From an uncultured Prevotella sp. (lineage in GTDB: Bacteria > Bacteroidota > Bacteroidia > Bacteroidales > Bacteroidaceae), in contig CABVAZ010000002.1 of NCBI GenBank assembly GCA_902496445.1, forward strand, positions 4,925 to 68,924: a stretch of DNA of 64,000 bases, in the 5' to 3' direction. The notes beneath the pieces are model-generated. The model saw only the letters and a list, made by a program, of their open reading frames with translations. It had not been told where the DNA came from and made no database searches. Below are positions 47,801-56,439 of this stretch, in pieces. The position numbers and the translations under genes are program-made. Every line of letters starts with the position of its first letter. Position 1 is the stretch's first letter.

Positions 47801-49314
47801 CAAAGGCCATGAACACTGAGGCCGAGGCTCTTTCGCCTTCAGCTTATACCGCAACGCTCTACTTCGGCGACAAGGCCGTTGCACAGGCTAAGCCAGACAG
47901 CATAGCAGCAGGAGCCAAAGCCGACTATACCTTTGCCTTCACACCGCATGAGGCTGGTCAGTACAAGGCTTATGTGAAGTTTGCTTATGGTGACAAGACT
48001 ACGGTGAGCGACACTACGGATGTGACCATTGGCGAGGAAACGTCAGCCCATGTAGTGCGTGTTAACACGCCAGATGGCTTCACGCAGCATGCTCCTTTCT
48101 ACACTTACTATAAGCACGGACAGATAGAGGTGCTTTATAAGGCCAGTCAGCTGGGCCTCGCTCCGGGCACGAAGATCAAGCGCATCTCGTTCCACGGATA
48201 CCATAGCACATCTAATCAGTCTGACTTCTCTACTGCTTTGACGGCCTACATCAGCAATACTACTGACGAAACCGTGAAGTCGGCTGGCACTCTGTTCGTC
48301 GACACAACAAGCATGACATGCATCGTGCGTGACACTACTGAGGCCACGTTCAGCTCTTCTGTAGGTTCGATGAGTGAACCTGAGGAGGTGCTCTCATTTG
48401 AGATACCCGGTGGATTCGTCTACACGGGTGGCAACATCCGCCTGGCCTTTACCAATAACTCAGAGAGTGGATGGCTTGCTGTTTACTATGAGAGCGATAA
48501 GACAGTAGATCCCAGCCAGACAGTCTATCGTTTTGATGATGACGACAACGTAGAGTCTAAGGTGTTCAGTCCTAACCCCGAAGGCCAGCCTGTAGCATAC
48601 CTTGAGGTAGAAACCCAGGGAAGCGTAAGCGGTAAGGTTGTCAATACGGCTCACGAAGGCATTGCAGGAGCTACTGTAACGCTTAACAATGCCGATGTGA
48701 TATACACCGGTACTACCGATGCCGACGGCAACTACTCTATCGTTGTGAAGAAAGTAGACAGAAGCTATGACGCTACAGTTGAGGCTGCCGGATATGTTTC
48801 TTCCATGAAACCGGCTGCGGTTAAGTTCGGAAATGTTGTTAATGTAGAGTTCAACGACACACTGACAAAGTATATTGCCGTGAGTGGAACCGTCAAGGGC
48901 GTGCATGTAGCTTATCAGGCTGCTAAGGGCTACTATAACGACACCACGCTGCTTGCCGGTGCTACCGTAACCATTACCGATGCCAATGGCAAGATATACA
49001 CCGCTACAACGGCTGCTGATGGCACCTATACCGTAGACAGCCTGCTTGAGAACGGCACCTACGCCTTCAAGTTTGCTGCCGATGGCTACCTCGACAAGGA
49101 CACTACCGTCAATGCGGAGATGGCCGATTTAACTGTAGACGCAACGCTCTGGACACAGGAAGCTACGGGCATAGATGCTGCCCATGCTACTGGCCGTAAG
49201 GCTACAGGCAACGTTTACAGCCTGAACGGTAAGCTCATTGGGCGCGACCTCGACCTCAAGGCCTTGCCACGTGGCGTTTACATCGTAGATGGAAAGAAGT
49301 TTATTGTAAAGTAA
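44836..49314 (+). CDS. Giant T9SS cargo protein F (1492 aa), paralogous to adhesin A, with CARDB-like repeats and three carboxypeptidase-regulatory-like domains
   Basis: Signal peptide MKRLNYILALMSVLLNIAPASA. PPGWSHIVD is present. Internal repeats include YTVQLVIGDEHYDAEASKISAGGDASYTVSATPHKAGTF versus YTATLYFGDKAVAQAKPDSIAAGAKADYTFAFTPHEAGQY. CarbopepD_reg-like modules (VSGTVTSATTSQPVPGVKVKL..., VSGKVVNTAHEGIAGATVTL...) are present. The C-terminus ...YSLNGKLIGRDLDLKALPRGVYIVDGKKFIVK is a T9SS CTD. Confidence 0.8.
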   Translation: MKRLNYILALMSVLLNIAPASAYEQETISNYTYDFNLGFGDGQTTLESGWAPPGWSHIVDTYNGSWQTYTVDYTYASALGVDNSGAVMVSTQSLGSWYSSYEAKDLLVTPLVSGTVTLQVKKNDYDGSIQFYNVDESGGSYAAGTQITDTTMSGALSTSSDTFITVTLDAGTTPRHIGVRASGVIIDNFKAASATLVKKPQMKIRSVSPADDQSVDADANGDFTVSYDVAIANTGLVDLTEGYPGYSLSLIRPNDSLVAEVPLTRTLKQGATDTVKVSKTLNISQFPAGYSYEFSIRENIDSVVTKAGSVYPVEYKPQFKFTEPGSSVSLNDSISLNFGMVKGKATKSYVIANDGAKALDITSITVPDGYTVLPAAPFSVEPHQQDTLTVQQNDDFIGEKSGIITLKMKDLPDYHILVSGSCVDSTKWFVNFEDNQIPKNVIAEGTNWAVATYPQQLELLGNQYCLYQDQYGEPSDHFISPKLHVAAGDVLQFMAARGSSATTPVLNVYYSYDRHNWTLVKTINTSDTIPEADRFSNETYRGSGYYANYNFKTFTLSNIPVGDVYVAFAGTYFYLDNLYGFTPVAVSHDIMMSQFKVPETISVNKAAEFSASAHNATVNNVDAGSYTVQLVIGDEHYDAEASKISAGGDASYTVSATPHKAGTFPAYFVYKTADGYVSTTDTVSVTIAPETTLGSHQVGTPSSSSASMRGLLNMYDKKSQVVAVYKASDINLPAGTIIHGISLRGYNPKPIDSDVQLYFRSTDKTSMDATTAEDEIADTASFTRVYAGNYSFPTGGQSDGSSYTPTITKADDIFHVTFATPYVYDGGNLEIAANHVSDSWSKILWELTNVEGQSAGRSNDRTLDSFEDWNLPVIYLDIERAPSAVSGTVTSATTSQPVPGVKVKLVSGNVEYADTTDAAGKYNVKIFQSNLKYNLTATRAGFTPVSIDTLSAAKDTTVNISLPDASGFYLLSKNIPANGEVNSAFKATAKAMNTEAEALSPSAYTATLYFGDKAVAQAKPDSIAAGAKADYTFAFTPHEAGQYKAYVKFAYGDKTTVSDTTDVTIGEETSAHVVRVNTPDGFTQHAPFYTYYKHGQIEVLYKASQLGLAPGTKIKRISFHGYHSTSNQSDFSTALTAYISNTTDETVKSAGTLFVDTTSMTCIVRDTTEATFSSSVGSMSEPEEVLSFEIPGGFVYTGGNIRLAFTNNSESGWLAVYYESDKTVDPSQTVYRFDDDDNVESKVFSPNPEGQPVAYLEVETQGSVSGKVVNTAHEGIAGATVTLNNADVIYTGTTDADGNYSIVVKKVDRSYDATVEAAGYVSSMKPAAVKFGNVVNVEFNDTLTKYIAVSGTVKGVHVAYQAAKGYYNDTTLLAGATVTITDANGKIYTATTAADGTYTVDSLLENGTYAFKFAADGYLDKDTTVNAEMADLTVDATLWTQEATGIDAAHATGRKATGNVYSLNGKLIGRDLDLKALPRGVYIVDGKKFIVK

Positions 49315-49386
49315 GTCATTAGAAGAAGGGCTTGCGCATGATGCTTTCATCACGCGTAGCCCCGATTCTTAGCTCTTCATGAAAAG

Positions 49387-49425
49387 GCCTTCGCCAGCTT
49401 CATTGCAGGCGGAGGCTTTTTATTT
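49387..49425 (+). terminator. Rho-independent terminator after adhesin F
   Basis: gccttcgcc-agcttcattgca-ggcggaggc followed by ttttta ttt. Confidence 0.5.
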
Positions 49426-49636
49426 GCCCTTTCGCCGGCCCATAGCACCCTCCTTATTGCCTACAGTAAAGGGCGTGCAAGCACTTACAGCAAGGCACAT
49501 CAATAAGCAGGCCGAGTCCCTTGTAGCCCTCAGCAACCTCTGCATGGCTTGAAATGTCCTTATTTTGTCAACGCAAAAGGCCCGAACTCATTTTATAAAA
49601 GAGATACTGCCAGAAGCCTAAGTGGCCGATTTTAAA

Positions 49637-49727
49637 TAATAAAATAAATTATATTACATTATAATATAATCTATATCGTATTATAAAATAATTTATATTA
49701 CTTTATAAAATAAATTATATTATATCT
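49637..49727. repeat. AT-rich array of three copies of a 23-nt repeat (TATAAAATAAwTTATATTAywTy) in the long leader before the hypothetical/rpoN operon
   Basis: The copies are aataaaataaattatattacatt (49637), ttataaaataatttatattacttt (49681) and tataaaataaattatattatatc (49705). Two ctgaaaag boxes follow at about 49770 and 49791. Confidence 0.7.
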
Positions 49728-50088
49728 TATTTTGGGCACTTTCAGCCTATATCTGCCTACTATCTGCAGCTGAAAAGACATTGAACGGAGGCTGAAAAGT
49801 AAAACTTTCTTCGCAAAACTTTTCACTTTTTTGTCGCCAAACGGGAGCCCGGTGCTCACTAAGAAGCTGCAGTACAACTCGTTATACGCATTCCGGCAGA
49901 AAGCCTGAAAATTGTTTTGCGTGAGCAACACATGACGATCAATAAGCTATCCGGGCACTATGCTGATGCCATAGCACGCCGCCCGGCCTGCAATAACCCG
50001 TCACAAAGCGTGAAATGAAAGACAGAATGATTTGGCACTTTGCGCAAAAAGACTTATCTTTGCAACAAAACATACACGCGACAAACAA

Positions 50089-50736
50089 ATGGCTACACAT
50101 CCTTATTGGTCAGACGAATACTGGCTGCTGTTGCTTCAGCTCTATATGAAGAAGCCGGAGGGTATGAAGAAGCCCTTCGACCGCAGAGCAGTAGACCTGA
50201 GTTTGGAGTTGCACATTCCGCCGCTGGCACTCCATAAACTCATGTTCAGGCTCCGTCAGAGAGACGTTCCCTTCATCAACATGCTGTGGAATACGTATGA
50301 GGGCCATCCCCGTAAGCTGGAAAACGACGCGCGCAAGTTGCGTGCCATGCAAGGCTTTGGCCGCGCCAAGGACTTTTATGAGGGCGTGGAGCTGAACGAG
50401 ACGTTCGAAAAAGACTTCAAGCCGTTGCCGCAAAGGCCCAGGCTGAAGCCCGTCATGCTCATTATGATACTCGATTTGTACTTCCGGCTCACCGTGAACA
50501 CCATGGTGACAGACACCCCCGAGGTGCAACAGCTGGCGCGACTCTTGCGCCTCACGCCAGAGGAAGTGGCCGAGGTGCTCGACGTGTTCTGCTATTGCGA
50601 CCCCTATCTGAGCCGCGACGAGCTCTTTCTGAGCCCCCTGCTGGTGCCCTGCCAGCGCATCTGGAACCGCTATGGCAACGACAATCCTGAGCAGCTGGCC
50701 TCGCTTGCGGCACAGCTAACCGAATATTTCAAGTAA
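50089..50736 (+). CDS. Conserved hypothetical protein upstream of rpoN
   Basis: The ORF is open for 234 aa and MATHPYWSDEYW is the likely start. No recognisable motif was found. Confidence 0.5.
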   Translation: MATHPYWSDEYWLLLLQLYMKKPEGMKKPFDRRAVDLSLELHIPPLALHKLMFRLRQRDVPFINMLWNTYEGHPRKLENDARKLRAMQGFGRAKDFYEGVELNETFEKDFKPLPQRPRLKPVMLIMILDLYFRLTVNTMVTDTPEVQQLARLLRLTPEEVAEVLDVFCYCDPYLSRDELFLSPLLVPCQRIWNRYGNDNPEQLASLAAQLTEYFK

Positions 50737-50776
50737 AAATAATCAGCCCGGCTGGCGCTATATCAGCATTTATAAC

Positions 50777-50784
50777 TAACTTTG
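50777..50784 (+). promoter_or_regulatory. Bacteroides-type -7 element TAACTTTG immediately upstream of rpoN
   Basis: ctaacTTTGcaaggcaatATG lies 10 nt before the rpoN ATG at 50794. Confidence 0.3.
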
Positions 50785-50793
50785 CAAGGCAAT

Positions 50794-52284
50794 ATGGCAC
50801 AAAGACTCTATCAGACACAAGAACAGAAACAGCAGCAGGTGCAGCGCCTCTCGCAGCAACAAATGCTGCAAGTAAAGCTCCTGGAGATGCCGCTCACAGA
50901 GCTGGAGGAGAGCGTGACGGCCGAGCTGGACGACAATCCGGCCCTGGAGACGGCCAACGACGACCCTGACTACCAGCCCGAAGAAACCGACAAGGACGAG
51001 GAACTGCCCGACTTTGAGGAGCAGAGCGAGCAAGAAGAGCGCAAGGATGCCCTCGACTCGGCTCTGGAACGCATAGGCGACGATGACGACCTGCCTGTTT
51101 ATACCAGTCAGAGCAACAACAACGATGCCGATTATGAGGAGATGGTGTATGGCGACACCACGTCGTTCATCGACAAGCTCAACGAGCAGATGGGCGAATA
51201 CGAGCTCACCGACAGGCAGAGAAGCATCATGGAGTATCTCATCGGGTCGCTAGACGACGACGGATTGCTGCGCAAACCGCTCGACACCATAGCCGATGAG
51301 CTGGCCATATATCATAACATCGATGCCTCGGAAGCCGAGATAGAGCAGGTGCTGAAGATATTGCAGCATTTTGACCCGGCCGGCATCGGCGCGCGCTCGC
51401 TGCAAGAATGTCTGCTTTTGCAGATAGCACGGCGGCCCGACTCCAGGCTGAAGACGCTCATGCAAGAGGTGGTGGAGCATCATTTTGAGGCCTTCACCAA
51501 GAAGCATTGGGACAAGATTAGCCAGGCACTCAAGCTCAACAGCGTGCAGACAGAGACGCTGCAGCAGGAAATACGCAAGCTCAATCCCAAGCCCGGTGCG
51601 TCGCTCAGCGAGACGCAAGGGCGCAACATCAACCAGATAACGCCCGACTTCATCGTAGACACGGGCGAAGACGGCAGCGTGACCTTTACGCTCAACCGAG
51701 GGCATATACCTGAGCTGCACGTCTCGCCGTCGTTTGCCGAGATGCTCAATGCCTATAAGGACAACAAGAAAGGCATGTCGAGGCAGGCCAAGGAGGCGTT
51801 GCTCTATGCCAAGGAAAAGGTAGACAAGGCGCAAGGATTCATAGACGCGGTGAAGCAAAGGCAGCACACGCTGTGCGTAACCATGCAGGCCATCATCGAC
51901 ATACAGCGCAAATTCTTTCAAGATGGCGACGAGAGCGACCTCAAGCCCATGATTCTGCAAGACGTGGCCGACCGCACCGGGCTCGACAAATCAACCATAT
52001 CGCGCGTGAGCAACATCAAGTACACGCAAACCAAGTGGGGCATCTTCCCCCTGAGGTTCTTCTTCACCGACAGCTATACCACGGAGGGCGGCGAGGAACT
52101 GTCTACACGTAAGATGAAGATTGCGCTGAAAGAGATTGTTGAGAAGGAAGACAAGAACAAGCCGATGAGCGACGATGCGCTCACGCAGGCTATGAAAGCG
52201 CAGGGCTATCCCATTGCCAGGCGCACGGTGGCTAAATATCGTGAGCAGCTGGGCATACCTGTGGCAAGACTCAGAAAAGAATGA
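50794..52284 (+). CDS. rpoN: RNA polymerase sigma-54 factor
   Basis: Gln-rich region I (QTQEQKQQQVQRLSQQQMLQ), an acidic region II, and the C-terminal RpoN box ARRTVAKYREQLGIP. Confidence 0.9.
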   Translation: MAQRLYQTQEQKQQQVQRLSQQQMLQVKLLEMPLTELEESVTAELDDNPALETANDDPDYQPEETDKDEELPDFEEQSEQEERKDALDSALERIGDDDDLPVYTSQSNNNDADYEEMVYGDTTSFIDKLNEQMGEYELTDRQRSIMEYLIGSLDDDGLLRKPLDTIADELAIYHNIDASEAEIEQVLKILQHFDPAGIGARSLQECLLLQIARRPDSRLKTLMQEVVEHHFEAFTKKHWDKISQALKLNSVQTETLQQEIRKLNPKPGASLSETQGRNINQITPDFIVDTGEDGSVTFTLNRGHIPELHVSPSFAEMLNAYKDNKKGMSRQAKEALLYAKEKVDKAQGFIDAVKQRQHTLCVTMQAIIDIQRKFFQDGDESDLKPMILQDVADRTGLDKSTISRVSNIKYTQTKWGIFPLRFFFTDSYTTEGGEELSTRKMKIALKEIVEKEDKNKPMSDDALTQAMKAQGYPIARRTVAKYREQLGIPVARLRKE

Positions 52285-52898
52285 ACGAGAAGAACATCAT
52301 ATTGTCAGCAAGGGTGGTGAGCATGGTGTTCACACCCTTTTACCTGCCCCTCTTGGGCATGCTCATGCTGTTTACCTTCAGCTATCTGAGCATCTGCGAC
52401 TGGCTCACCAAGTTGTTTGTCTACATCATGGTGTACCTCTTCACCGTGCTGCTGCCCACGTTGCTCATACATTCTTACCGCCGCTATCAGCGGTGGACGC
52501 CCTTGCAGCTCATTCAGAAGGAGCGCCGCATGGTGCCGTATGTCATATCCATACTGTGCTATTTCTTGTGCTTCTATCTCATGAACGTGCTCAACATGCC
52601 CTATTTCATCAGCTCCATACTCATGGCGGCACTCGTCATACAGATTGTCTGTGCCCTGATCAACAAGTGGTGGAAGATCTCTACACACTCAGCAGGGCTT
52701 GGTGGAGTGACCGGAGCGTTGGTTGCCTTCTCGCTGATATTCAATTTCGACCCCACATGGTGGCTCTGCCTGGTGCTCATCATGGCCGGAGCAGTGGGCA
52801 CCAGCCGCATGATTCTGCGCCAACACTCGCTGGCACAGGTCACTACGGGCTTCTTGCTGGGCTTTGTAGCGGCCTTTGCTACGATACTGAACATTTAA
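52281..52898 (+). CDS. PAP2-family (acid phosphatase / lipid phosphatase) membrane protein
   Basis: Five or six TM segments. KISTHSAG and SRMILRQHS resemble PAP2 motifs 2 and 3. It has an ATGA start/stop overlap with rpoN. Confidence 0.55.
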   Translation: MNEKNIILSARVVSMVFTPFYLPLLGMLMLFTFSYLSICDWLTKLFVYIMVYLFTVLLPTLLIHSYRRYQRWTPLQLIQKERRMVPYVISILCYFLCFYLMNVLNMPYFISSILMAALVIQIVCALINKWWKISTHSAGLGGVTGALVAFSLIFNFDPTWWLCLVLIMAGAVGTSRMILRQHSLAQVTTGFLLGFVAAFATILNI

Positions 52899-52913
52899 CA
52901 TAAACACGATATT

Positions 52914-53420
52914 ATGAAACCAATCATCAGCATTATCATGGGCAGTACAAGCGACCTGCCCGTTATGGAGAAAGCCTGCAAATGGCTTGAGCAACAGCAG
53001 ATACCCTTCGAGCTGAATGCTCTGTCGGCTCATCGCACGCCCGACGCGGTGAGAGAGTTTGCCCAAAACGCCAAACAGCGTGGCATAAAGGTCATCATTG
53101 CCGGTGCCGGAATGGCTGCCGCGCTGCCCGGAGTGATAGCGGCTTCTACGCCACTGCCCGTCATCGGTGTGCCTATCAAGGGTATGCTCGACGGTCTGGA
53201 TGCCATGCTGAGCATCATACAGATGCCCCCAGGCATACCCGTTGCCACTGTTGGAGTGAACGGAGCGCAGAATGCGGCCATCCTGGCAGCTGAGATGATA
53301 GCCCTGGGAGACGAGCAGATAGCCGCTAAGGTGGATGCCTGGAAAGCCGGACTGGGCGCCAAGATAGAGAAAGCCAACAAGGAGCTGGCTGAGATAAAGG
53401 ACTATAAGTTTAAGTGCTAA
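52914..53420 (+). CDS. purE: N5-carboxyaminoimidazole ribonucleotide mutase
   Basis: IIMGSTSD...AHRTP...[14 protein letters not shown] is the PurE signature. 168 aa. Confidence 0.9.
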   Translation: MKPIISIIMGSTSDLPVMEKACKWLEQQQIPFELNALSAHRTPDAVREFAQNAKQRGIKVIIAGAGMAAALPGVIAASTPLPVIGVPIKGMLDGLDAMLSIIQMPPGIPVATVGVNGAQNAAILAAEMIALGDEQIAAKVDAWKAGLGAKIEKANKELAEIKDYKFKC

Positions 53421-53465
53421 GGCACCTCACACCCCACAATTCGAACAACTTCGCAGCAAATAAGC

Positions 53466-55364
53466 ATGACAGATCTATTCAATTATAGCCGCCGCAAGGC
53501 TTCGGTGACGCACATCGGAAACCTTGACATGGGTGGCGACAACCCCGTAAGGGTGCAGAGTATGACCACCACATCTACCGACGACACGGCGGCAAGCGTG
53601 GCTCAGGCTGAGCGAATCATAGATGCAGGCGGCGAGCTGGTGAGGCTTACCACGCAGGGAAGGCGCGAGGCTGAGAACCTGAAGAACATACACGACGCGC
53701 TCAGAGCCGACGGTTACACCGCCCCTCTGTGTGCCGACGTGCACTTCAATGCCAATGTGGCCGACGTGGCTGCGTGCTATGCAGAGAAGGTGCGCATCAA
53801 TCCCGGCAACTACGTAGACCCTGCCCGCACCTTCAAGAAGCTCACCTACACCGATGAGGAGTATGCCCGGGAGCTCAAGAAGATAGAAGACAGGCTCACG
53901 CCTTTCATCAAGATATGCAAGGAACACCACACGGCGGTGCGCATAGGCGTCAACCATGGCTCGCTCTCCGACCGCATCATGAGCCGCTACGGCGACACTC
54001 CGGCCGGCATCGTAGAGAGTTGTATGGAGTTTCTGCGCATCTTCCGCAAGCACAACTTCAACAACGTGGTCATCTCCATCAAGGCTTCCAACACCGTGGT
54101 CATGGTGCAGTCGGTGAGGCTCTTGGTGCATGAGATGGACAAGGAGGATATGCACTACCCGCTGCACTTGGGCGTTACGGAGGCCGGAGAGGGCGAAGAC
54201 GGACGCATCAAGAGCGCCGTGGGCATCGGAGCATTGCTGGCCGACGGCATTGGCGACACCATTCGCGTGTCGCTGAGCGAGGATCCGGAGTGCGAGATAC
54301 CCGTAGCCAAGCATCTGGTGTGGTACATACGCCGCAAGCAAGGTCATCTGCTCATACCGGCCGAAGCCTATAAGGGCTTCGACTATCTGCACCCCGAGCG
54401 CCGCAAGACACAGGCCGTGGGCATCGTGGGAGGCGACAACGCACCCGTGGTCATCACCTCTGAGCAGGGCAACGGGCAAGGCGTTGAGATAGTAGACGGC
54501 CTGCACCCGAAGCCCGACTTCATCTATGTGGGCAGTAAGATGCCTCAGCACGTGGCCAAGGGACAGAAATACATCATCGACTTTAATGTATATGCCGACC
54601 TGAAAGCCAAGGGCGAGATAGACGAGAAGGCCTTTTTCCCCATCTTCCCCGTTACGGCTATGCCGTTCATAGGATTGGTTCAGGCTCCCATGAAGTTCCT
54701 TACGCTGCAGTTCGGAACACCTTCTGACGAGTATATACCGTGCCTGAAAGCCCATCCTGAGATTGTTGTGGTGTGCGCAAGCAACCATCAGAACAGGCTG
54801 GGAAGCCAGCGTGCGCTGGTGCATGAGATGATGTCGGCCGGCCTGGGCAACCCTATTGTGTTCGCTCAGATGTACCGTCACTCAGCCAAGGAGCGTGAAT
54901 CGTTTCAGTTGGAGGCTGCTGCCGACATGGGAGCTCTGATGATTGACGGGCTGACGGATGGCATCTGGCTCATGAACGACGGCGACATCAGTGCCGAAGA
55001 CATTGCCGACACGGCCTTTGCCGTGCTTCAGGCGGGCCGGTTGCGCACTGTTAAGACGGAGTACATCAGCTGTCCGGGATGCGGACGGACGCTTTACGAC
55101 TTGCGTTCTACCATTGCCCGCATCAAGGAAGCCACCAAAGGAATGGTCGGACTGAAGATAGGCATCATGGGATGTATAGTGAACGGCCCCGGCGAAATGG
55201 CCGATGCCGACTATGGCTACGTGGGTGCCGGCCCGCATAAGGTGAGCCTCTACCGCAAGAAAGTGTGCGTAGAGAAGAACATTCCGGAGGAAGAGGCCGT
55301 GCAACATCTGCTGCAACTCATCCGTAAAGACAGAAGTAGCCTGGACAAGAGCCTTGACAATTAA
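53466..55364 (+). CDS. ispG: 4-hydroxy-3-methylbut-2-enyl diphosphate synthase (long-form GcpE)
   Basis: VRVQSMT...GVNHGSL... is present. C-terminal Fe-S cysteines are in SCPGCGRTLYDL and ...GCIVNGPGE. 632 aa, including the Bacteroidetes insertion domain. Confidence 0.9.
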   Translation: MTDLFNYSRRKASVTHIGNLDMGGDNPVRVQSMTTTSTDDTAASVAQAERIIDAGGELVRLTTQGRREAENLKNIHDALRADGYTAPLCADVHFNANVADVAACYAEKVRINPGNYVDPARTFKKLTYTDEEYARELKKIEDRLTPFIKICKEHHTAVRIGVNHGSLSDRIMSRYGDTPAGIVESCMEFLRIFRKHNFNNVVISIKASNTVVMVQSVRLLVHEMDKEDMHYPLHLGVTEAGEGEDGRIKSAVGIGALLADGIGDTIRVSLSEDPECEIPVAKHLVWYIRRKQGHLLIPAEAYKGFDYLHPERRKTQAVGIVGGDNAPVVITSEQGNGQGVEIVDGLHPKPDFIYVGSKMPQHVAKGQKYIIDFNVYADLKAKGEIDEKAFFPIFPVTAMPFIGLVQAPMKFLTLQFGTPSDEYIPCLKAHPEIVVVCASNHQNRLGSQRALVHEMMSAGLGNPIVFAQMYRHSAKERESFQLEAAADMGALMIDGLTDGIWLMNDGDISAEDIADTAFAVLQAGRLRTVKTEYISCPGCGRTLYDLRSTIARIKEATKGMVGLKIGIMGCIVNGPGEMADADYGYVGAGPHKVSLYRKKVCVEKNIPEEEAVQHLLQLIRKDRSSLDKSLDN

Positions 55365-55450
55365 GCTCTTTAAAGGCTGGCTTTATTTATCACATAACAT
55401 TAGGGAATGGCTTATACGGCCGCTCCCTAATAATTAAAAACCTAAAAACA

Positions 55451-56434
55451 ATGAACCTAAAACAACGTTACACAGCATCAGCAGAGCGCTACGACGATGC
55501 CGAAAGCATCTATCAGAGATGCGGAAGGTCGGGCGTGCTGCTCCCAAAGATTTCTCTGGGCTTCTGGCATAACTTCGGTGGCGTGGACCCTTACGAGCGT
55601 TCGCGCGCCATAACGCACTATGCGTTCGACCATGGCATCACTCATTTCGACCTGGCCAATAACTATGGGCCTCCCTACGGCACGGCAGAAGAGACCATGG
55701 GCAGGCTGATGGACGATGACTTCAGGCCTTATCGCGACGAGCTCTTCATCTCTTCAAAGGCTGGTTATGACATGTGGGAGGGCCCTTACGGCAACTGGGG
55801 CTCGCGAAAATACCTCATGGCGAGTCTCGACCAAAGCCTCAGACGTATGCATCTTGACTATGTAGACCTATTCTATAGTCATCGCTACGACCCCAACACG
55901 CCTCTGGAGGAGACTCTGCAAGCCCTCGTAGACATCGTGAGACAGGGCAAAGCGCTCTACATAGGCATATCACGGTGGCCGCTGGAGGCCCTGAAGGTGG
56001 CCGAGAAATACCTGCGCGAGCACGACACACCGCTGCTCATCTATCAGGGAAGGCTCAATCTGATAGACCGCAGTCCGCAGGATGAGGGCATCACAACGTT
56101 CTGCCAAGAGCACGGCATAGGCTTCATCAGCTTCTCGCCCTTGGCACAAGGCCTGCTCACCAATCGCTATCTGAACGGCATTCCGGCCGACAGTCGCATG
56201 GCAAAAGAGCGTTCGCTCAAGCAAGATGCCATTACGCCCGAGCTGGCGGGCAAGTTGCGGCAGTGGCAAAGCATAGCCGAGAGCCGGCAGGAAACCATCG
56301 CCCAGATGGCATTGGCATGGGTGCTGCACCAGAAAGGCGTGACCAGCGTGCTCGTAGGAGCCAGTAAGGTGGAGCAACTGGAGGACGATTTAAGGTGCAT
56401 ATACGCCGAACCATTTCATAACAATGAGGTTTAA
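55451..56434 (+). CDS. Aldo/keto reductase (YghZ/Tas-like)
   Basis: GFWHNFG...HFDLANNYGPPYGTAEE...DLFYSHRYD are AKR motifs. 327 aa. Confidence 0.85.
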   Translation: MNLKQRYTASAERYDDAESIYQRCGRSGVLLPKISLGFWHNFGGVDPYERSRAITHYAFDHGITHFDLANNYGPPYGTAEETMGRLMDDDFRPYRDELFISSKAGYDMWEGPYGNWGSRKYLMASLDQSLRRMHLDYVDLFYSHRYDPNTPLEETLQALVDIVRQGKALYIGISRWPLEALKVAEKYLREHDTPLLIYQGRLNLIDRSPQDEGITTFCQEHGIGFISFSPLAQGLLTNRYLNGIPADSRMAKERSLKQDAITPELAGKLRQWQSIAESRQETIAQMALAWVLHQKGVTSVLVGASKVEQLEDDLRCIYAEPFHNNEV

Positions 56435-56439
56435 GCGAC

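Noticed and set aside
49625-49740. Possible CRISPR array in the AT-rich repeats
   Set aside because: There are only three short 23-nt AT-only repeats with irregular, partly absent spacers. There are no cas genes and the repeats are not palindromic.
53475-54881. 468-aa ORF on the minus strand
   Set aside because: It lies entirely antisense to ispG, which has unmistakable GcpE motifs. It is the usual GC-rich antisense open frame with no recognisable domain.
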